Assembly: GCA_017635465.1 (NCBI GenBank)
Contig: JAGBLL010000036.1
Location: forward strand, 4,590 to 68,589
Reading direction: 5' to 3'
Source: Bacilli bacterium
GTDB lineage: Bacteria; Bacillota_I; Bacilli_A; RFN20; CAG-826
DNA: 64,000 nucleotides
Each line of letters starts with the position of its first letter. Position 1 is the stretch's first letter. This document shows, in pieces, positions 8,331 through 21,424 of the stretch. A program made the translations under genes and the position numbers. Under the pieces are notes generated by a model. That model did no database searches, had not been told where the DNA came from, and saw nothing but the letters and a program-made list of their open reading frames with translations.

Positions 8331-11072
8331 CTATTCGTTACTTTCGTTATTTTCTTCTTCAACTGGTGCTTCTTCACCTTCAACAGGTTCTTCACCCTCA
8401 ACGAATTCTTCCTCTTCTTCATAAGGAACAATAGCGATAGAAGAAACTTTTTGTCTACCTTCAAGGTTCAAGATCTTGACACCTTGAGTATTTCTAGAAG
8501 ATTGTCTAACTTCAGATAAGTGAGTTCTAATGACAATACCATAGTTTGTAATAACCATTAAATCATCGTCATCAGAAACGCTTCTGACGGTAACAATCTT
8601 ACCAACTTTATCTGTGGATTTAAGTGTGCTAACACCTTTAGCGCCACGTTTGGTAATACGATATTCACTATATGGTGTCATCTTACCAAAGCCTTTATCA
8701 GTGACAACTAAGACTAATTCGCCTTCGTATTCAGCGGTCACACCAACTGCTTCAACACCATCATCTAAATCAATACCAATAACACCAGAGGCAGTACGAC
8801 CCATTGGTCTTACTTCATCAACTGGGAAGTTAACCATCTTGCCTTCGCTAGAAGCGATACCGACGATTGTATCAACATAGTATGAACCAATGTCTTCTTG
8901 TTTTGGATTTTCAACTTTATCGAATTTAGCAACACCATCTTCACCCATTCTCATAGTGTAGTAATTTCTATCAGGATTGATTGTGCCATTAGCGATAGAT
9001 TTTTCTTGAATTTCTTTAACCGCTAATAAGTTATCATCTTCTCTTAATGTGATAGCGATCTTACCATTTTGTCTAATGGATTCGTATTCACTAATTGGTG
9101 TTCGTTTAACAATACCTTTCTTTGTGAAGAACATTAAATATCTGTAATCGTAGTATTTGTTAACAGCGATAATGGATTTAACGTTTTCACCTTTTTCGAT
9201 ATTGATTAAGTTAATAACTGGGATACCTTTACCTGTTCTTTGATATTCAGGAATTTGATAACCACGAATACGATAAACTTTACCTAAATCTGTAAAGAAT
9301 AATAAGTCGGTATGTGTTTCTGTATAGACCATTAATTCAACGACATCGTTTTCATTTAATGATGCACCACGAACACCTCTACCACCTCTATGTTGCGCTT
9401 TAAATGTATCGGCATTTAAACGTTTAACATAGCCACCTCTAGATAAGGTAACAACGATGTCTTCTTGTGGAATTAAATCTTCATCATCGATATTGGCGGC
9501 AACGTTAGAAATTTCAGTTCTTCTTTCGTCCCCAAATTTATCTTTGATTTCTTCTAATTCTTTAATGACGACTTCGACTTCGTTTTCTCTAGAAGAAAGG
9601 ATGCGTTTATATTCAGTGATATTGAATTCTAATTGATTGCGTTCGGCAATTAATTTATCTGTTTCAATACCGGTTAAACGACGTAACGTCATCGCTAAAA
9701 TGGCGTTAACTTGTAATTCTGTGAATTGATATTTCTCCATTAAAACCTTAGTGGCTTCTTCTGGAGTTTTGCTTTCTTTAATGATGTCAACGATATCATC
9801 AATGTTGTCATGACATTTGATTAAACCGATGACAATATGATCACGTGCTTCGTCTTTTTCGAGTAAGAATTTAGTTCTTCTTTCAATGACGGAGACTTGG
9901 AAGTCTAAATATTGTTGTAATAAAACTGGTAAAGAACATACTTTTGGAGCATTGTCCACTAAGCAGAGATTGATAATACCAAGGCTCACTTGTAAGTTGG
10001 TGAGTTTATATAATTGGTTCAATAAGACTTCTGGAATAGCGTCACGTTTGACTTCGATAACAACACGGATACCATCTTTATTGGATTCATCACGGATATC
10101 AGAGATACCTTCAATGACTTTATCACGGACTAAACCCGCCATCGCTTCAATCATATTAGCTTTGTTAACGCCATAAGGAACTTCATCAACAACGATACGT
10201 TTTAAACCATGTTCACCACGTTCTTCAATATGGCATTTACTTCTAATAGCGATGCTACCTGTACCTGTTTCATAGGCATCACGGATACCACTTCTACCTA
10301 AGATGATAGCGCCTGTTGGGAAGTCTGGACCTTTAATATATTCCATTAATTCATCAACAGTGATTTGTGGATTTCTTGCAATAGCAATAACACCATCAAT
10401 AACTTCACCTAAGTTGTGTGGTGGGATGTTAGTGGCCATACCAACAGCAATACCACTAGAACCATTAACTAATAAGTTTGGAATTCTAGAAGGAAGAACA
10501 GTTGGCTCTTGGTCAACACCATCGTAGTTATCCATGAAATCAACGACATCACAGTTGATATCACGGACCATTTCTAATGCTAATTTAGCCATTCTGGCTT
10601 CGGTATATCTGTAAGCAGCAGGTTCATCACCATCGATAGAACCGAAGTTACCATGACCTTCAACTAGCATATATCTCATAGCGAATGGTTGGGCTAATCT
10701 AGCTAATGCACCATAGATTGCGGAGTCACCATGTGGGTGATATTTACCCATGACGTCACCAACAATACGAGCACATTTCTTAAATGGTTTATCAGGTGTA
10801 TTACCTGTTTCAGACATAGAATAAACGATTCTTCTATGAACTGGTTTCATACCATCTCTGACATCCGGAATCGCACGAGCGACGATAACAGACATGGCGT
10901 AATCAAGGAAGGATTCTTTAACTAATGGGACTGTATCAACATCGGTTAAACCGGCAACGATACCAGCTTCAAGTTCTTGTTCTTCTTCAGCGGAAACTTC
11001 TTCAGTTTCTTCGTCATTAACGACTTCTTCGTCTAAGACTTTGTTTTCATCATCTAATAACATAACTTGCAC
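8331..11072 (-). CDS. gyrA: DNA gyrase subunit A, with an acidic N-terminal extension and an acidic C-terminal tail.
   Basis: YLDYAMSVIVARAIPDVRDGMKPVHRR and the AAMRYTE active-site Tyr region. C-terminal beta-pinwheel repeats. C-terminal EEEEEFVEGEEPVEGEE tail. Confidence 0.95.
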   Translation of the reverse strand: MQVMLLDDENKVLDEEVVNDEETEEVSAEEEQELEAGIVAGLTDVDTVPLVKESFLDYAMSVIVARAIPDVRDGMKPVHRRIVYSMSETGNTPDKPFKKCARIVGDVMGKYHPHGDSAIYGALARLAQPFAMRYMLVEGHGNFGSIDGDEPAAYRYTEARMAKLALEMVRDINCDVVDFMDNYDGVDQEPTVLPSRIPNLLVNGSSGIAVGMATNIPPHNLGEVIDGVIAIARNPQITVDELMEYIKGPDFPTGAIILGRSGIRDAYETGTGSIAIRSKCHIEERGEHGLKRIVVDEVPYGVNKANMIEAMAGLVRDKVIEGISDIRDESNKDGIRVVIEVKRDAIPEVLLNQLYKLTNLQVSLGIINLCLVDNAPKVCSLPVLLQQYLDFQVSVIERRTKFLLEKDEARDHIVIGLIKCHDNIDDIVDIIKESKTPEEATKVLMEKYQFTELQVNAILAMTLRRLTGIETDKLIAERNQLEFNITEYKRILSSRENEVEVVIKELEEIKDKFGDERRTEISNVAANIDDEDLIPQEDIVVTLSRGGYVKRLNADTFKAQHRGGRGVRGASLNENDVVELMVYTETHTDLLFFTDLGKVYRIRGYQIPEYQRTGKGIPVINLINIEKGENVKSIIAVNKYYDYRYLMFFTKKGIVKRTPISEYESIRQNGKIAITLREDDNLLAVKEIQEKSIANGTINPDRNYYTMRMGEDGVAKFDKVENPKQEDIGSYYVDTIVGIASSEGKMVNFPVDEVRPMGRTASGVIGIDLDDGVEAVGVTAEYEGELVLVVTDKGFGKMTPYSEYRITKRGAKGVSTLKSTDKVGKIVTVRSVSDDDDLMVITNYGIVIRTHLSEVRQSSRNTQGVKILNLEGRQKVSSIAIVPYEEEEEFVEGEEPVEGEEAPVEEENNESNE

Positions 11073-11080
11073 TCCTTTCC

Positions 11081-14206
<3,126 letters not shown>

Positions 14207-14214
<8 letters not shown>

Positions 14215-14455
14215 TCAAAAAGGACATGTTACGGACTTGAATTTGATCACCATGGTATAATTTACGACCACGACGATTTTCCTCTTCTCCGTTTACTAAA
14301 ACAGTGTTTTCACTAAGAAAGTATTTTGCTTGTCCACCAGTATCAATAACACCAGTAATCTTAAGCAAAATGCCTAACGTGATGAAGGTTTCACCTTCCC
14401 TTAATTTCACACTTTTTTGGGCCACAAAAAACTCCTTAGAATTATTATAAACCAT
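14207..14455 (-). CDS. yaaA: S4-domain RNA-binding protein YaaA.
   Basis: GGQAKYFLSENTVLVNGEEENRRGRKLYHGDQI matches the conserved YaaA core. Canonical position between dnaN and recF. The true start may be internal. Confidence 0.7.
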
Positions 14456-14459
14456 ATAA

Positions 14460-14487
14460 ATAAAAAAGGGAATAAAATATTCCCTTA
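14460..14487 (-). terminator. Intrinsic terminator after dnaN.
   Basis: AAGGGAATA-(short loop)-TATTCCCTT hairpin followed by a T-run on the minus strand. Confidence 0.6.
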
Positions 14488-14519
14488 ATTTATATAGTCT
14501 CTAAAATAGGTGTTTTTGC

Positions 14520-15641
14520 CTAATAAGTACGGACTGGAGTGACGATTTGGACGACGGAGTCATCTGAGGCATTCTCAATAACAAATGGTCTCATTTCGCC
14601 TACAAACGCGAATGTGACGTCCGCACTACCAAGCGCTCTAACAGCATCAATAACGAAACTACTGTTGAATGAAACGTGTAAGTTTTGACCAACGTATTTG
14701 AAGACATCAATCTTTTCAACAGCAGAACCAACTTGACTTGATTTAGAAGAGATTTCAACACCATCTTCACTCATAGATAGATCAACGATGTTTTCTCTAT
14801 CGATAGATAAGATGTTAGCTCTTTCGATAGCCTTCATTAAATCATTAGCGTTAACTTCTAATGAATAGTTTGTAATCTTTGGAACAATATTTTTTGTATT
14901 TGGATAATCACCAGCGATTAATCTAGTAGCAACAACGGTTGTGCCGATGGTGAATAACGCTTTCTTATCGCTAAAAGCGATATCAACTGATTCTCTACCT
15001 TCTAATAAATGATTAATTTCATTCATCATCTTAGCAGGAACATTAGCAACAAATTCAATATCTAAAGGAATATTAAGAGTTTTTCTTGCCATACGAGCAG
15101 AGTCTGTGGCAATAGCAGTCAAAACACCATTACTAGCTTCAAGATTTAACGCTGTAAGAATTGGACGTTGTTCTTTTAAAGACGCTGCAAATGTTGTTTG
15201 GCTAACTAAAATATCAAAATCAACGCGTGAAAGAGTTAATTGTGTACCATTGGCTTCTAAGTCAAGGTCTGGATATTCATCAACCTTAACGCAGTTTAAA
15301 CGGTATTCTGAACGATTGTTACTAATTGTCGCGATTGTAGAATCGATAACATCTAATGTGATCTCATCAGAATCCATCTTTCTAACAATTTCCACAATAA
15401 GTTTAGCTTTAATTAAAATAGCACCTTCTTTATAGTTTCTGATGATATCTTCTTCACCTAGTTTATAAGGAACTTGGGTTTTAATAGTAATATTCTCATC
15501 AGTACCTGTAATGAACAATCCTCTTTCATTTAATTCAAGTTTAAAATTTTCTAATACTGCTTTTGCGTTTTTACTAGAAATAGCTCTTGCTGCAACATTT
15601 AGTCCTTTTAGGAATTCTTCACGCTTAATTGTAAATCTCAT
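14520..15641 (-). CDS. dnaN: DNA polymerase III beta sliding clamp.
   Basis: 373 aa. Three-domain clamp layout. Position immediately downstream of dnaA. Confidence 0.9.
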   Translation of the reverse strand: MRFTIKREEFLKGLNVAARAISSKNAKAVLENFKLELNERGLFITGTDENITIKTQVPYKLGEEDIIRNYKEGAILIKAKLIVEIVRKMDSDEITLDVIDSTIATISNNRSEYRLNCVKVDEYPDLDLEANGTQLTLSRVDFDILVSQTTFAASLKEQRPILTALNLEASNGVLTAIATDSARMARKTLNIPLDIEFVANVPAKMMNEINHLLEGRESVDIAFSDKKALFTIGTTVVATRLIAGDYPNTKNIVPKITNYSLEVNANDLMKAIERANILSIDRENIVDLSMSEDGVEISSKSSQVGSAVEKIDVFKYVGQNLHVSFNSSFVIDAVRALGSADVTFAFVGEMRPFVIENASDDSVVQIVTPVRTY

Positions 15642-15783
15642 ATTTATTCCCTTCTATTTTATATATTTATTATATTAATAATAATATTAATGTTTGTGGA
15701 CATTGTGGATAACTTGATTTTTCTTAATTATTTTCATTATACCACATCACATGTCCTATTTGAATTTTTTATTTTTAATAAAA
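15642..15783. other. oriC part 2. An AT-rich DNA-unwinding element plus DnaA boxes TGTGGACAT and TGTGGATAA in the dnaA-dnaN spacer.
   Basis: A perfect TGTGGATAA consensus box at 15705-15713 and an adjacent 1-mismatch box. A ~45-bp AT-only stretch at 15650-15694. Confidence 0.75.
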
Positions 15784-17163
15784 TCAATTAGACTTTAAGC
15801 TGTTTTGTAAAGTATTGATTACCGCTTTTAATGACTCATCGGTTTTCAACATGTTTTCCACTTTTTCTATACCGTTCATCACAGTGGTATGATCTCTGCC
15901 ACCAAAGACATTACCAATTTTAGTAAGTGGAACATCTATATTAATTCTTATTAAATACATAGCGATGTGTCTAGCTAAGGCGATTTGCCCTGTTCTGACC
16001 TTACCCACTAACTGGGTTGGCGCTAGATTGTAGTAGTCTGCAACAACGTTAATAATCTTTTGTTCTGATAGTTGTGTTGCAGCGCTTTTGATACCGGTGA
16101 TACTTTGAACTGCTTCAATCGCAGTATCCAAATCTACATGTTTAGTTTGCTCAAAATCACTGATGTGGAAAATTAACCTATGGAACGCACCTTCTAACTC
16201 TCTAACATTACTGCTGAATTTTTCAGCGTAGAAGTATAGAACTGCAGGGTCAAAATCTTCAACATTTAAGCCTTCGTTAATGATTTGTTTTTCAAGGATC
16301 TTAACGCATGTATTTTGGTCTGGATCATTAATTTTTACGGTCAAACCCTGGCTGAATCTTGTTACAAGACGATCTTCTAAGCCTTTTAATTCATTAGGTT
16401 GTCTATCAGATGTAATAACGATTTGTTTATCACTATTGACCATCTTCTGATAGATGTAGAAAAACATCTCTTCGGTTTTAACCTTATTTTCAAGGAATTG
16501 AACATCATCAAATAAGAGGACATCAACTGTGGAAAAGAAGTCTTTTAATGTCTCTGATTCTCCACCTTTGACGAACTTAATGTATTCATCCACAAAGTCA
16601 TTGGCGTTGATGTATAAAACCTTTGCGCCAGGCTTACTTGTGTTTTTGATATAGTTACCGATAGCGTGCAATAAATGAGTTTTGCCTAAACCAGAATTTG
16701 AATAGATAAATAATGGGTTGAAAACCTTTCCTGGTCTTTTGGCAATCATTGTTGCAGCTTTATATGCTTCTTTATTGAATTCACCTTCCACAAATGAATC
16801 AAAAGTTAAATTGCTTTTTAATTCAGCGTCTTTAAAAAATGAGAATTGATCGTCAACTTTACCTTTATTTGTGCTTTGAACTGAAACTGTCTTTTGCGCA
16901 TCTTCTGCAAGGATGAATTTAAAACCACAATTTTCTTCAGTGACATCATAAAAAGTCTCTTTGATTAAATCTATATATTTAGAGGAGAGCAATCTTTGTG
17001 ATGTGAGATCCTTCACCACCACGACAACGTTATCCCCATTTATTTCATGAATATAAGTGTTAGCAAAAAAACTATCAAAGATTTGCCTTTCGTTTAGTCT
17101 TTCGTCTAGTAAGTTGAGTGTTTGTTGCCACACTCTGGCCATCTCTGATACTGATTTATTCAT
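15784..17163 (-). CDS. dnaA: Chromosomal replication initiator DnaA.
   Basis: AAA+ motifs GLGKTHLL, the DnaA signature domain IV, and the position. The ORF-track start (17247) lies inside a DnaA box. The internal Met (MNKSVSEMARVWQQ) at 17163 with an AGGTGA RBS is the more likely start. Confidence 0.9.
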   Translation of the reverse strand: MNKSVSEMARVWQQTLNLLDERLNERQIFDSFFANTYIHEINGDNVVVVVKDLTSQRLLSSKYIDLIKETFYDVTEENCGFKFILAEDAQKTVSVQSTNKGKVDDQFSFFKDAELKSNLTFDSFVEGEFNKEAYKAATMIAKRPGKVFNPLFIYSNSGLGKTHLLHAIGNYIKNTSKPGAKVLYINANDFVDEYIKFVKGGESETLKDFFSTVDVLLFDDVQFLENKVKTEEMFFYIYQKMVNSDKQIVITSDRQPNELKGLEDRLVTRFSQGLTVKINDPDQNTCVKILEKQIINEGLNVEDFDPAVLYFYAEKFSSNVRELEGAFHRLIFHISDFEQTKHVDLDTAIEAVQSITGIKSAATQLSEQKIINVVADYYNLAPTQLVGKVRTGQIALARHIAMYLIRINIDVPLTKIGNVFGGRDHTTVMNGIEKVENMLKTDESLKAVINTLQNSLKSN

Positions 17164-17239
17164 AACGTCACCTGATTTCGTGTCAACCATTATAGAATAA
17201 TTCACATCCGTTTTGTATGCGTAATTTATAGAAAAAAAG

Positions 17240-17355
17240 TTTTCCACATTTGTTAGTTTGAATAATTACACTATAGGGAGTTTTCCACATTTCCACATCT
17301 TTGTTTTTGTGGATAAGTTTTCCACTTTTCCCCAGTCTGTGGATTTGTGGAAATA
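17240..17355. other. oriC part 1. A cluster of at least 6 DnaA boxes upstream of dnaA.
   Basis: TTTTCCACA (x2), TTTCCACAT, TGTGGATAA (perfect, 17308-17316), TTTTCCACT, TGTGGATTT and TGTGGAAAT, all read directly. Confidence 0.8.
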
Positions 17356-17467
17356 ACAAAAATATTTCACCTTCTAAAAATATAAAAAATCATAAAAAAC
17401 TGATTTTGTTTGACATTTATTTATAAATGCTATTAAACTTAACTCGCTATGTAAGGAGGTTTCTTTT

Positions 17468-17602
17468 ATGAAAAGAACATATCAACCAAGTAAAATTAAA
17501 CATCAACACAAGGCTGGATTCCGTGCTCGTATGAAATCCGCAAATGGTCGTCGCGTTCTTGCTCGTCGTAGAGCTAAAGGCAGAAAAAAATTAGCTGACT
17601 AA
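17468..17602 (+). CDS. rpmH: 50S ribosomal protein L34.
   Basis: 44-aa [47 protein letters not shown], missed by the 60-aa ORF cutoff. Canonical partner of rnpA. Confidence 0.9.
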   Translation: MKRTYQPSKIKHQHKAGFRARMKSANGRRVLARRRAKGRKKLAD

Positions 17603-17615
17603 TCAGAGGAAGATT

Positions 17616-17939
17616 ATGAAAGTTATTAATCGTATTAAAGCAAGTGATGACTTTGCTCTAGCGATTAAAAAAGGCAAAGCTCAGCGTAACCAATCGTTTG
17701 TCATCCACTATCGCCCAAATGAATTTACTTATACACGAGTGGGCATTTCTGTTTCTTCTAAATTAGGTAACGCTGTGATTCGCAATCAAGTCAAAAGACA
17801 AATTCGATCAATGTGTGATTCATTAATTGAATACAATTCTCAATCATTCGATATTGTTATCATCGCTAAATCAAATTTCCTAAATCGTTCGTTTGATGAT
17901 AACAAACAATCATTGCAAGAATTATTAAATTTTAGATAG
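17616..17939 (+). CDS. rnpA: RNase P protein component.
   Basis: 107 aa, basic. Follows rpmH. Confidence 0.85.
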   Translation: MKVINRIKASDDFALAIKKGKAQRNQSFVIHYRPNEFTYTRVGISVSSKLGNAVIRNQVKRQIRSMCDSLIEYNSQSFDIVIIAKSNFLNRSFDDNKQSLQELLNFR

Positions 17940-17949
17940 GACTTATTAA

Positions 17950-19458
17950 ATGAAAAAAAGAACAAAACTTACTGTAGGAGCAATGACAGTTCTTGCTGGT
18001 GTGCTTCTTTTATCTAGTTGTACTGCTTCATTTTGTTCAAATATTGATAAAGCTCATATTCTTTATGCTTTTGATTATGGTGTTTCCGACTACTATGAAA
18101 CTCAAGAGGAAGGAACATTACCAGTCTTTGAAGATAATCCATACGTATTCTATAAGGCTGTAATGCCAAGCTCTAACAATAGTGGTATCGGTAAAGCAAA
18201 TGCTGATGCTGCTAAAGCAGGTATTCAAACACCAAGCACTAATTACTATGTCCAAATGGATAAATTAGTGTTAACCAATGCTCTTAAAAAGAGCAAAGGT
18301 GATTCAGTTGACTTAAAAAAAGTCACTTATGCAGAAGTTATTGATGCTTTAGATGATTATGGTTATCTCAAATTCTACGTTGAAGAAGGCGATAAACCAA
18401 AATTATGGAATAACTGGACAAAATTAAACGATGAACTTAGAAAACAAACCGCTGTCGCTGGTAGTGGCATTGTGATGGATGATTTACCAAGCAATGACTA
18501 CCTCGCAATTTATCAAAAAGATATGAATGCTTTAATTGCATCGTATCGTTCATGTTTAGCTATTGATAAAGCGGATTATGGTTACTATGGTTACGCTAAT
18601 GGTGCCCATTATCGTGAGAACAAAACTGCAGTAGAAATCCAAGCCAAAGACTGGGGATATGCCTGGAAAAAAGGTTTCTTAGAAGGCTTATTAATTTTCC
18701 CAATTGGCTGGTTAACAGAAACATTTGTTAAAACATTTAAAAACGGTGGTGTTGCTGGTGGTGTAGCCCAGCTACTCGCCATTTTCCTCATCACATTCAT
18801 CGTTAGATCTTTAATGCTTGTCGTTACTATCAAACAAACAACAGGTAATGCAAAAATGCAGGCCCTACAACCTGAAATTGCAAAAATTCAAAACAAATAT
18901 CCTAATGCCAACACCAATAACTACGAAAAACAACAAATGGCCGCGGAAATGCAAAAATTATATAAGAAGAACAAGATTAATCCTCTTAGTACACTTCTAG
19001 TAATGATTGTTCAATTCCCAGTATTCATCTGTGTTTGGGGTGCTTTGCAAGGATCTGCAAGCTTATCTTCAGATAGCTTGTTCAATTTACATCTTTCTGA
19101 CTCAATTAATACCGTCTTATTTAACGGTGCTAACTGGGCTAATGGTAGTGCAGTAACTGCATTAATCCTCTTCTTGTTGATGGCGGCAGCCCAAGTAATG
19201 TCTATGTTGCTTCCACAATTCATTCAAAAAGCAAAACGTAAAAACATTACAAAATTAGGCAAGAATCCTGCTCAAAATCAACAAGCAAATAATATGAAAA
19301 TGTTCACCTATATCATGATGGCAATGATTATCTTTATGGGTTTCACATTACCAAGTGCGATGGGTGTTTATTGGTTCGTCGGTGCCTTATTCTCAATTAT
19401 TCAAACATTAATTGTTGAATGGGTTACTCAAAAAAGAGCCAAAAAGAAAGGAAGATAA
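17950..19458 (+). CDS. yidC: Membrane protein insertase YidC/Oxa1-family lipoprotein with an unusually long (~250 aa) N-terminal extracytoplasmic domain.
   Basis: Lipobox LLSSC. C-terminal 5-TM insertase core and basic tail KRAKKKGR. 502 aa, against ~260-300 for typical Gram-positive YidC. Confidence 0.8.
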   Translation: MKKRTKLTVGAMTVLAGVLLLSSCTASFCSNIDKAHILYAFDYGVSDYYETQEEGTLPVFEDNPYVFYKAVMPSSNNSGIGKANADAAKAGIQTPSTNYYVQMDKLVLTNALKKSKGDSVDLKKVTYAEVIDALDDYGYLKFYVEEGDKPKLWNNWTKLNDELRKQTAVAGSGIVMDDLPSNDYLAIYQKDMNALIASYRSCLAIDKADYGYYGYANGAHYRENKTAVEIQAKDWGYAWKKGFLEGLLIFPIGWLTETFVKTFKNGGVAGGVAQLLAIFLITFIVRSLMLVVTIKQTTGNAKMQALQPEIAKIQNKYPNANTNNYEKQQMAAEMQKLYKKNKINPLSTLLVMIVQFPVFICVWGALQGSASLSSDSLFNLHLSDSINTVLFNGANWANGSAVTALILFLLMAAAQVMSMLLPQFIQKAKRKNITKLGKNPAQNQQANNMKMFTYIMMAMIIFMGFTLPSAMGVYWFVGALFSIIQTLIVEWVTQKRAKKKGR

Positions 19459-19463
19459 TTAGT

Positions 19464-20063
19464 ATGAAAGCATATACTGGAAAAACAGTTGAAGAAGCTT
19501 TACAAGCCGCTTCTAGCGAAACTGGTATTGATGTAGATGAACTTATCTATATCGTTTCCGATAAGAAAAAAGGTTTATTCACTAAGAAAATCGTCGTTGA
19601 AGTCTATGACTTAGCCGATGTTATCAGATTTGCTGAAGATTACATCTTAAGTGTTGTTGATGCATTAGAAATCGAAAGCACAGTCAACACAAAATTAGAT
19701 GACCAAGTTATCAGAATTACTATTGATTCAACACATAATCCAATCTTAATTGGTAGAAATGGTAAAACATTACAAGCTCTTAATGAATTAGTTAAGTTAG
19801 CGGTTAGTAACCATTTCCACAAGAGATTCAGAATCTTATTAGACATCAATGGTTATAAAGATAACAAATATTCACGTTTAGTTCGTATGGCTAGAAGATT
19901 AGGCCATGATGTGCAAAAAACTAAAACAACTTACACATTTGATCCAATGCCAGCGGATGAAAGAAGAGCTATTCATAATGCCCTTAACAATATGCCAAAC
20001 GTTCGTACAGAATCAATTGGTGAAGGCGCAAATAGACAAGTTCAAATCATTTACGTTGAATAA
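19464..20063 (+). CDS. jag: Jag/KhpB RNA-binding protein (Jag_N, KH, R3H).
   Basis: Canonical position after yidC. Start MKAYTGKTVEEAL at 19464; the ORF-track start 19419 overlaps yidC. Confidence 0.75.
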   Translation: MKAYTGKTVEEALQAASSETGIDVDELIYIVSDKKKGLFTKKIVVEVYDLADVIRFAEDYILSVVDALEIESTVNTKLDDQVIRITIDSTHNPILIGRNGKTLQALNELVKLAVSNHFHKRFRILLDINGYKDNKYSRLVRMARRLGHDVQKTKTTYTFDPMPADERRAIHNALNNMPNVRTESIGEGANRQVQIIYVE

Positions 20064-20069
20064 TTAAAA

Positions 20070-20095
20070 ATAACACCCTTTAGGGTGTTTTTAAT
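20070..20095 (+). terminator. Intrinsic terminator after jag.
   Basis: AACACCC-ttt-AGGGTGTT hairpin followed by TTTTAAT. Confidence 0.55.
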
Positions 20096-20101
20096 AGAGA
20101 T

Positions 20102-21424
20102 ATGTTTGAGACAATTGTTGCACTTGCTACCGCACCTATTAAAGCTGCTTTAAGCATCATTAGACTATCTGGTGATGATGTTTTAGATGTGGTTAGCAAA
20201 TGTTGCAGCAAAGATTTACGTAATATTAAAGAACGCACAATTCTTTATGCTTCTATTGTTAATAAAGACGAAAAAATCGATGATGTTGTCCTCTTAGTTT
20301 ATAAAGGACCTAAATCATTTACTGGTGAAGACTCTGTGGAAATTATTTGCCACGGGTCACCATTAATCTCAAAACAAATAGTGGAGACGTGTATCGCTAA
20401 TGGGGCGAGAATGGCCACGAACGGGGAATTCTCATCTCGCGCTTTTATGCATAATAAAATCGACCTTGTGCAAGCAGAAGCGATTAACGATGTGATTAAC
20501 GCCACCACTAAAGAAGCAAAGAATTTAAATCTATTATCTTTAGATGGCAAAACTAGCGATCTTATTAGACCAGTTAAAACCAAATTAGCGGATATTTTAT
20601 CTTTAATAGAAGTTAATATTGATTATCCAGAATATGAAGATATTGAAGTCGCTAATAAAGATATGATTATTAAAGTTTCTGATGAACTTATTAATCAAAT
20701 CGATACATTAATCGATGATGGTGAAAAAGCCCAAATCATTAATGAAGGTGTTAAAGTCGCGATTGTTGGTAAGCCAAATGTTGGTAAGTCTTCTTTATTA
20801 AATGCATTCCTAGGAGAAGATAGAGCGATTGTTACTGATATCGCAGGAACCACTAGAGATGTTATCGAAGGACACGCGAATATCGATGGCATAGTATTAC
20901 ATTTATTTGATACCGCAGGTATTCATGAATCAAACGATAAAATTGAATCAATCGGTATCGAAAGAAGTAAGAAAACAATTAAAGACGCTGATGTCGTTAT
21001 CGTTGTTTTAGATGGTTCTAAAGAATTAGAAGTCGAAGATAAAAATATCTTAGAATATACTAAAGAATTTAATCCAATTGTTGTTTACAACAAAGCGGAT
21101 ATTAATCTTAATAAAGATAAACTATCAATTTCTGCGTTAAATGGCGATATAAAGCCTTTAATTAATAAGATAAAAGAAGTAATCGGTTTAGATGAAAAAT
21201 CGTTCTCTAAGCCCGCTTTAAACAATACACGCCAAATTGGTTTATTAAAGAAAGCTAAAGAATCTTTAATTACCGCGAAAAAAGATGCTGAAAATAATTT
21301 AACAATTGATCTAGTATCGACATCTATTTTTGAAGCTTATCAATCAATATTAGAAATATTAGGTGAAGCTAATCAAATAGATTTATCAAAAGAGATTTTT
21401 GCACGTTTCTGCGTAGGTAAATAA
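20102..21424 (+). CDS. mnmE: tRNA modification GTPase MnmE (TrmE).
   Basis: GKPNVGKSSLLN G1, DTAG G3, NKAD G4, C-terminal CxGK. No mnmG follows. Confidence 0.9.
   Translation: MFETIVALATAPIKAALSIIRLSGDDVLDVVSKCCSKDLRNIKERTILYASIVNKDEKIDDVVLLVYKGPKSFTGEDSVEIICHGSPLISKQIVETCIANGARMATNGEFSSRAFMHNKIDLVQAEAINDVINATTKEAKNLNLLSLDGKTSDLIRPVKTKLADILSLIEVNIDYPEYEDIEVANKDMIIKVSDELINQIDTLIDDGEKAQIINEGVKVAIVGKPNVGKSSLLNAFLGEDRAIVTDIAGTTRDVIEGHANIDGIVLHLFDTAGIHESNDKIESIGIERSKKTIKDADVVIVVLDGSKELEVEDKNILEYTKEFNPIVVYNKADINLNKDKLSISALNGDIKPLINKIKEVIGLDEKSFSKPALNNTRQIGLLKKAKESLITAKKDAENNLTIDLVSTSIFEAYQSILEILGEANQIDLSKEIFARFCVGK

Noticed and set aside
8614-10925. Six-frame ORFs inside gyrA/gyrB on the opposite strand (8614..8880, 9886..10176, 10303..10527, 10731..10925, 11474..11728, 12562..12810).
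   Set aside because: They are entirely contained in the highly conserved gyrase coding sequence. They are antisense-frame shadow ORFs with no RBS or conservation rationale.
19419-19463. Upstream extension of the jag ORF overlapping yidC.
   Set aside because: The conserved Jag N-terminus begins at MKAYTGK (19464) right after the yidC stop. The extension is a frame artefact.
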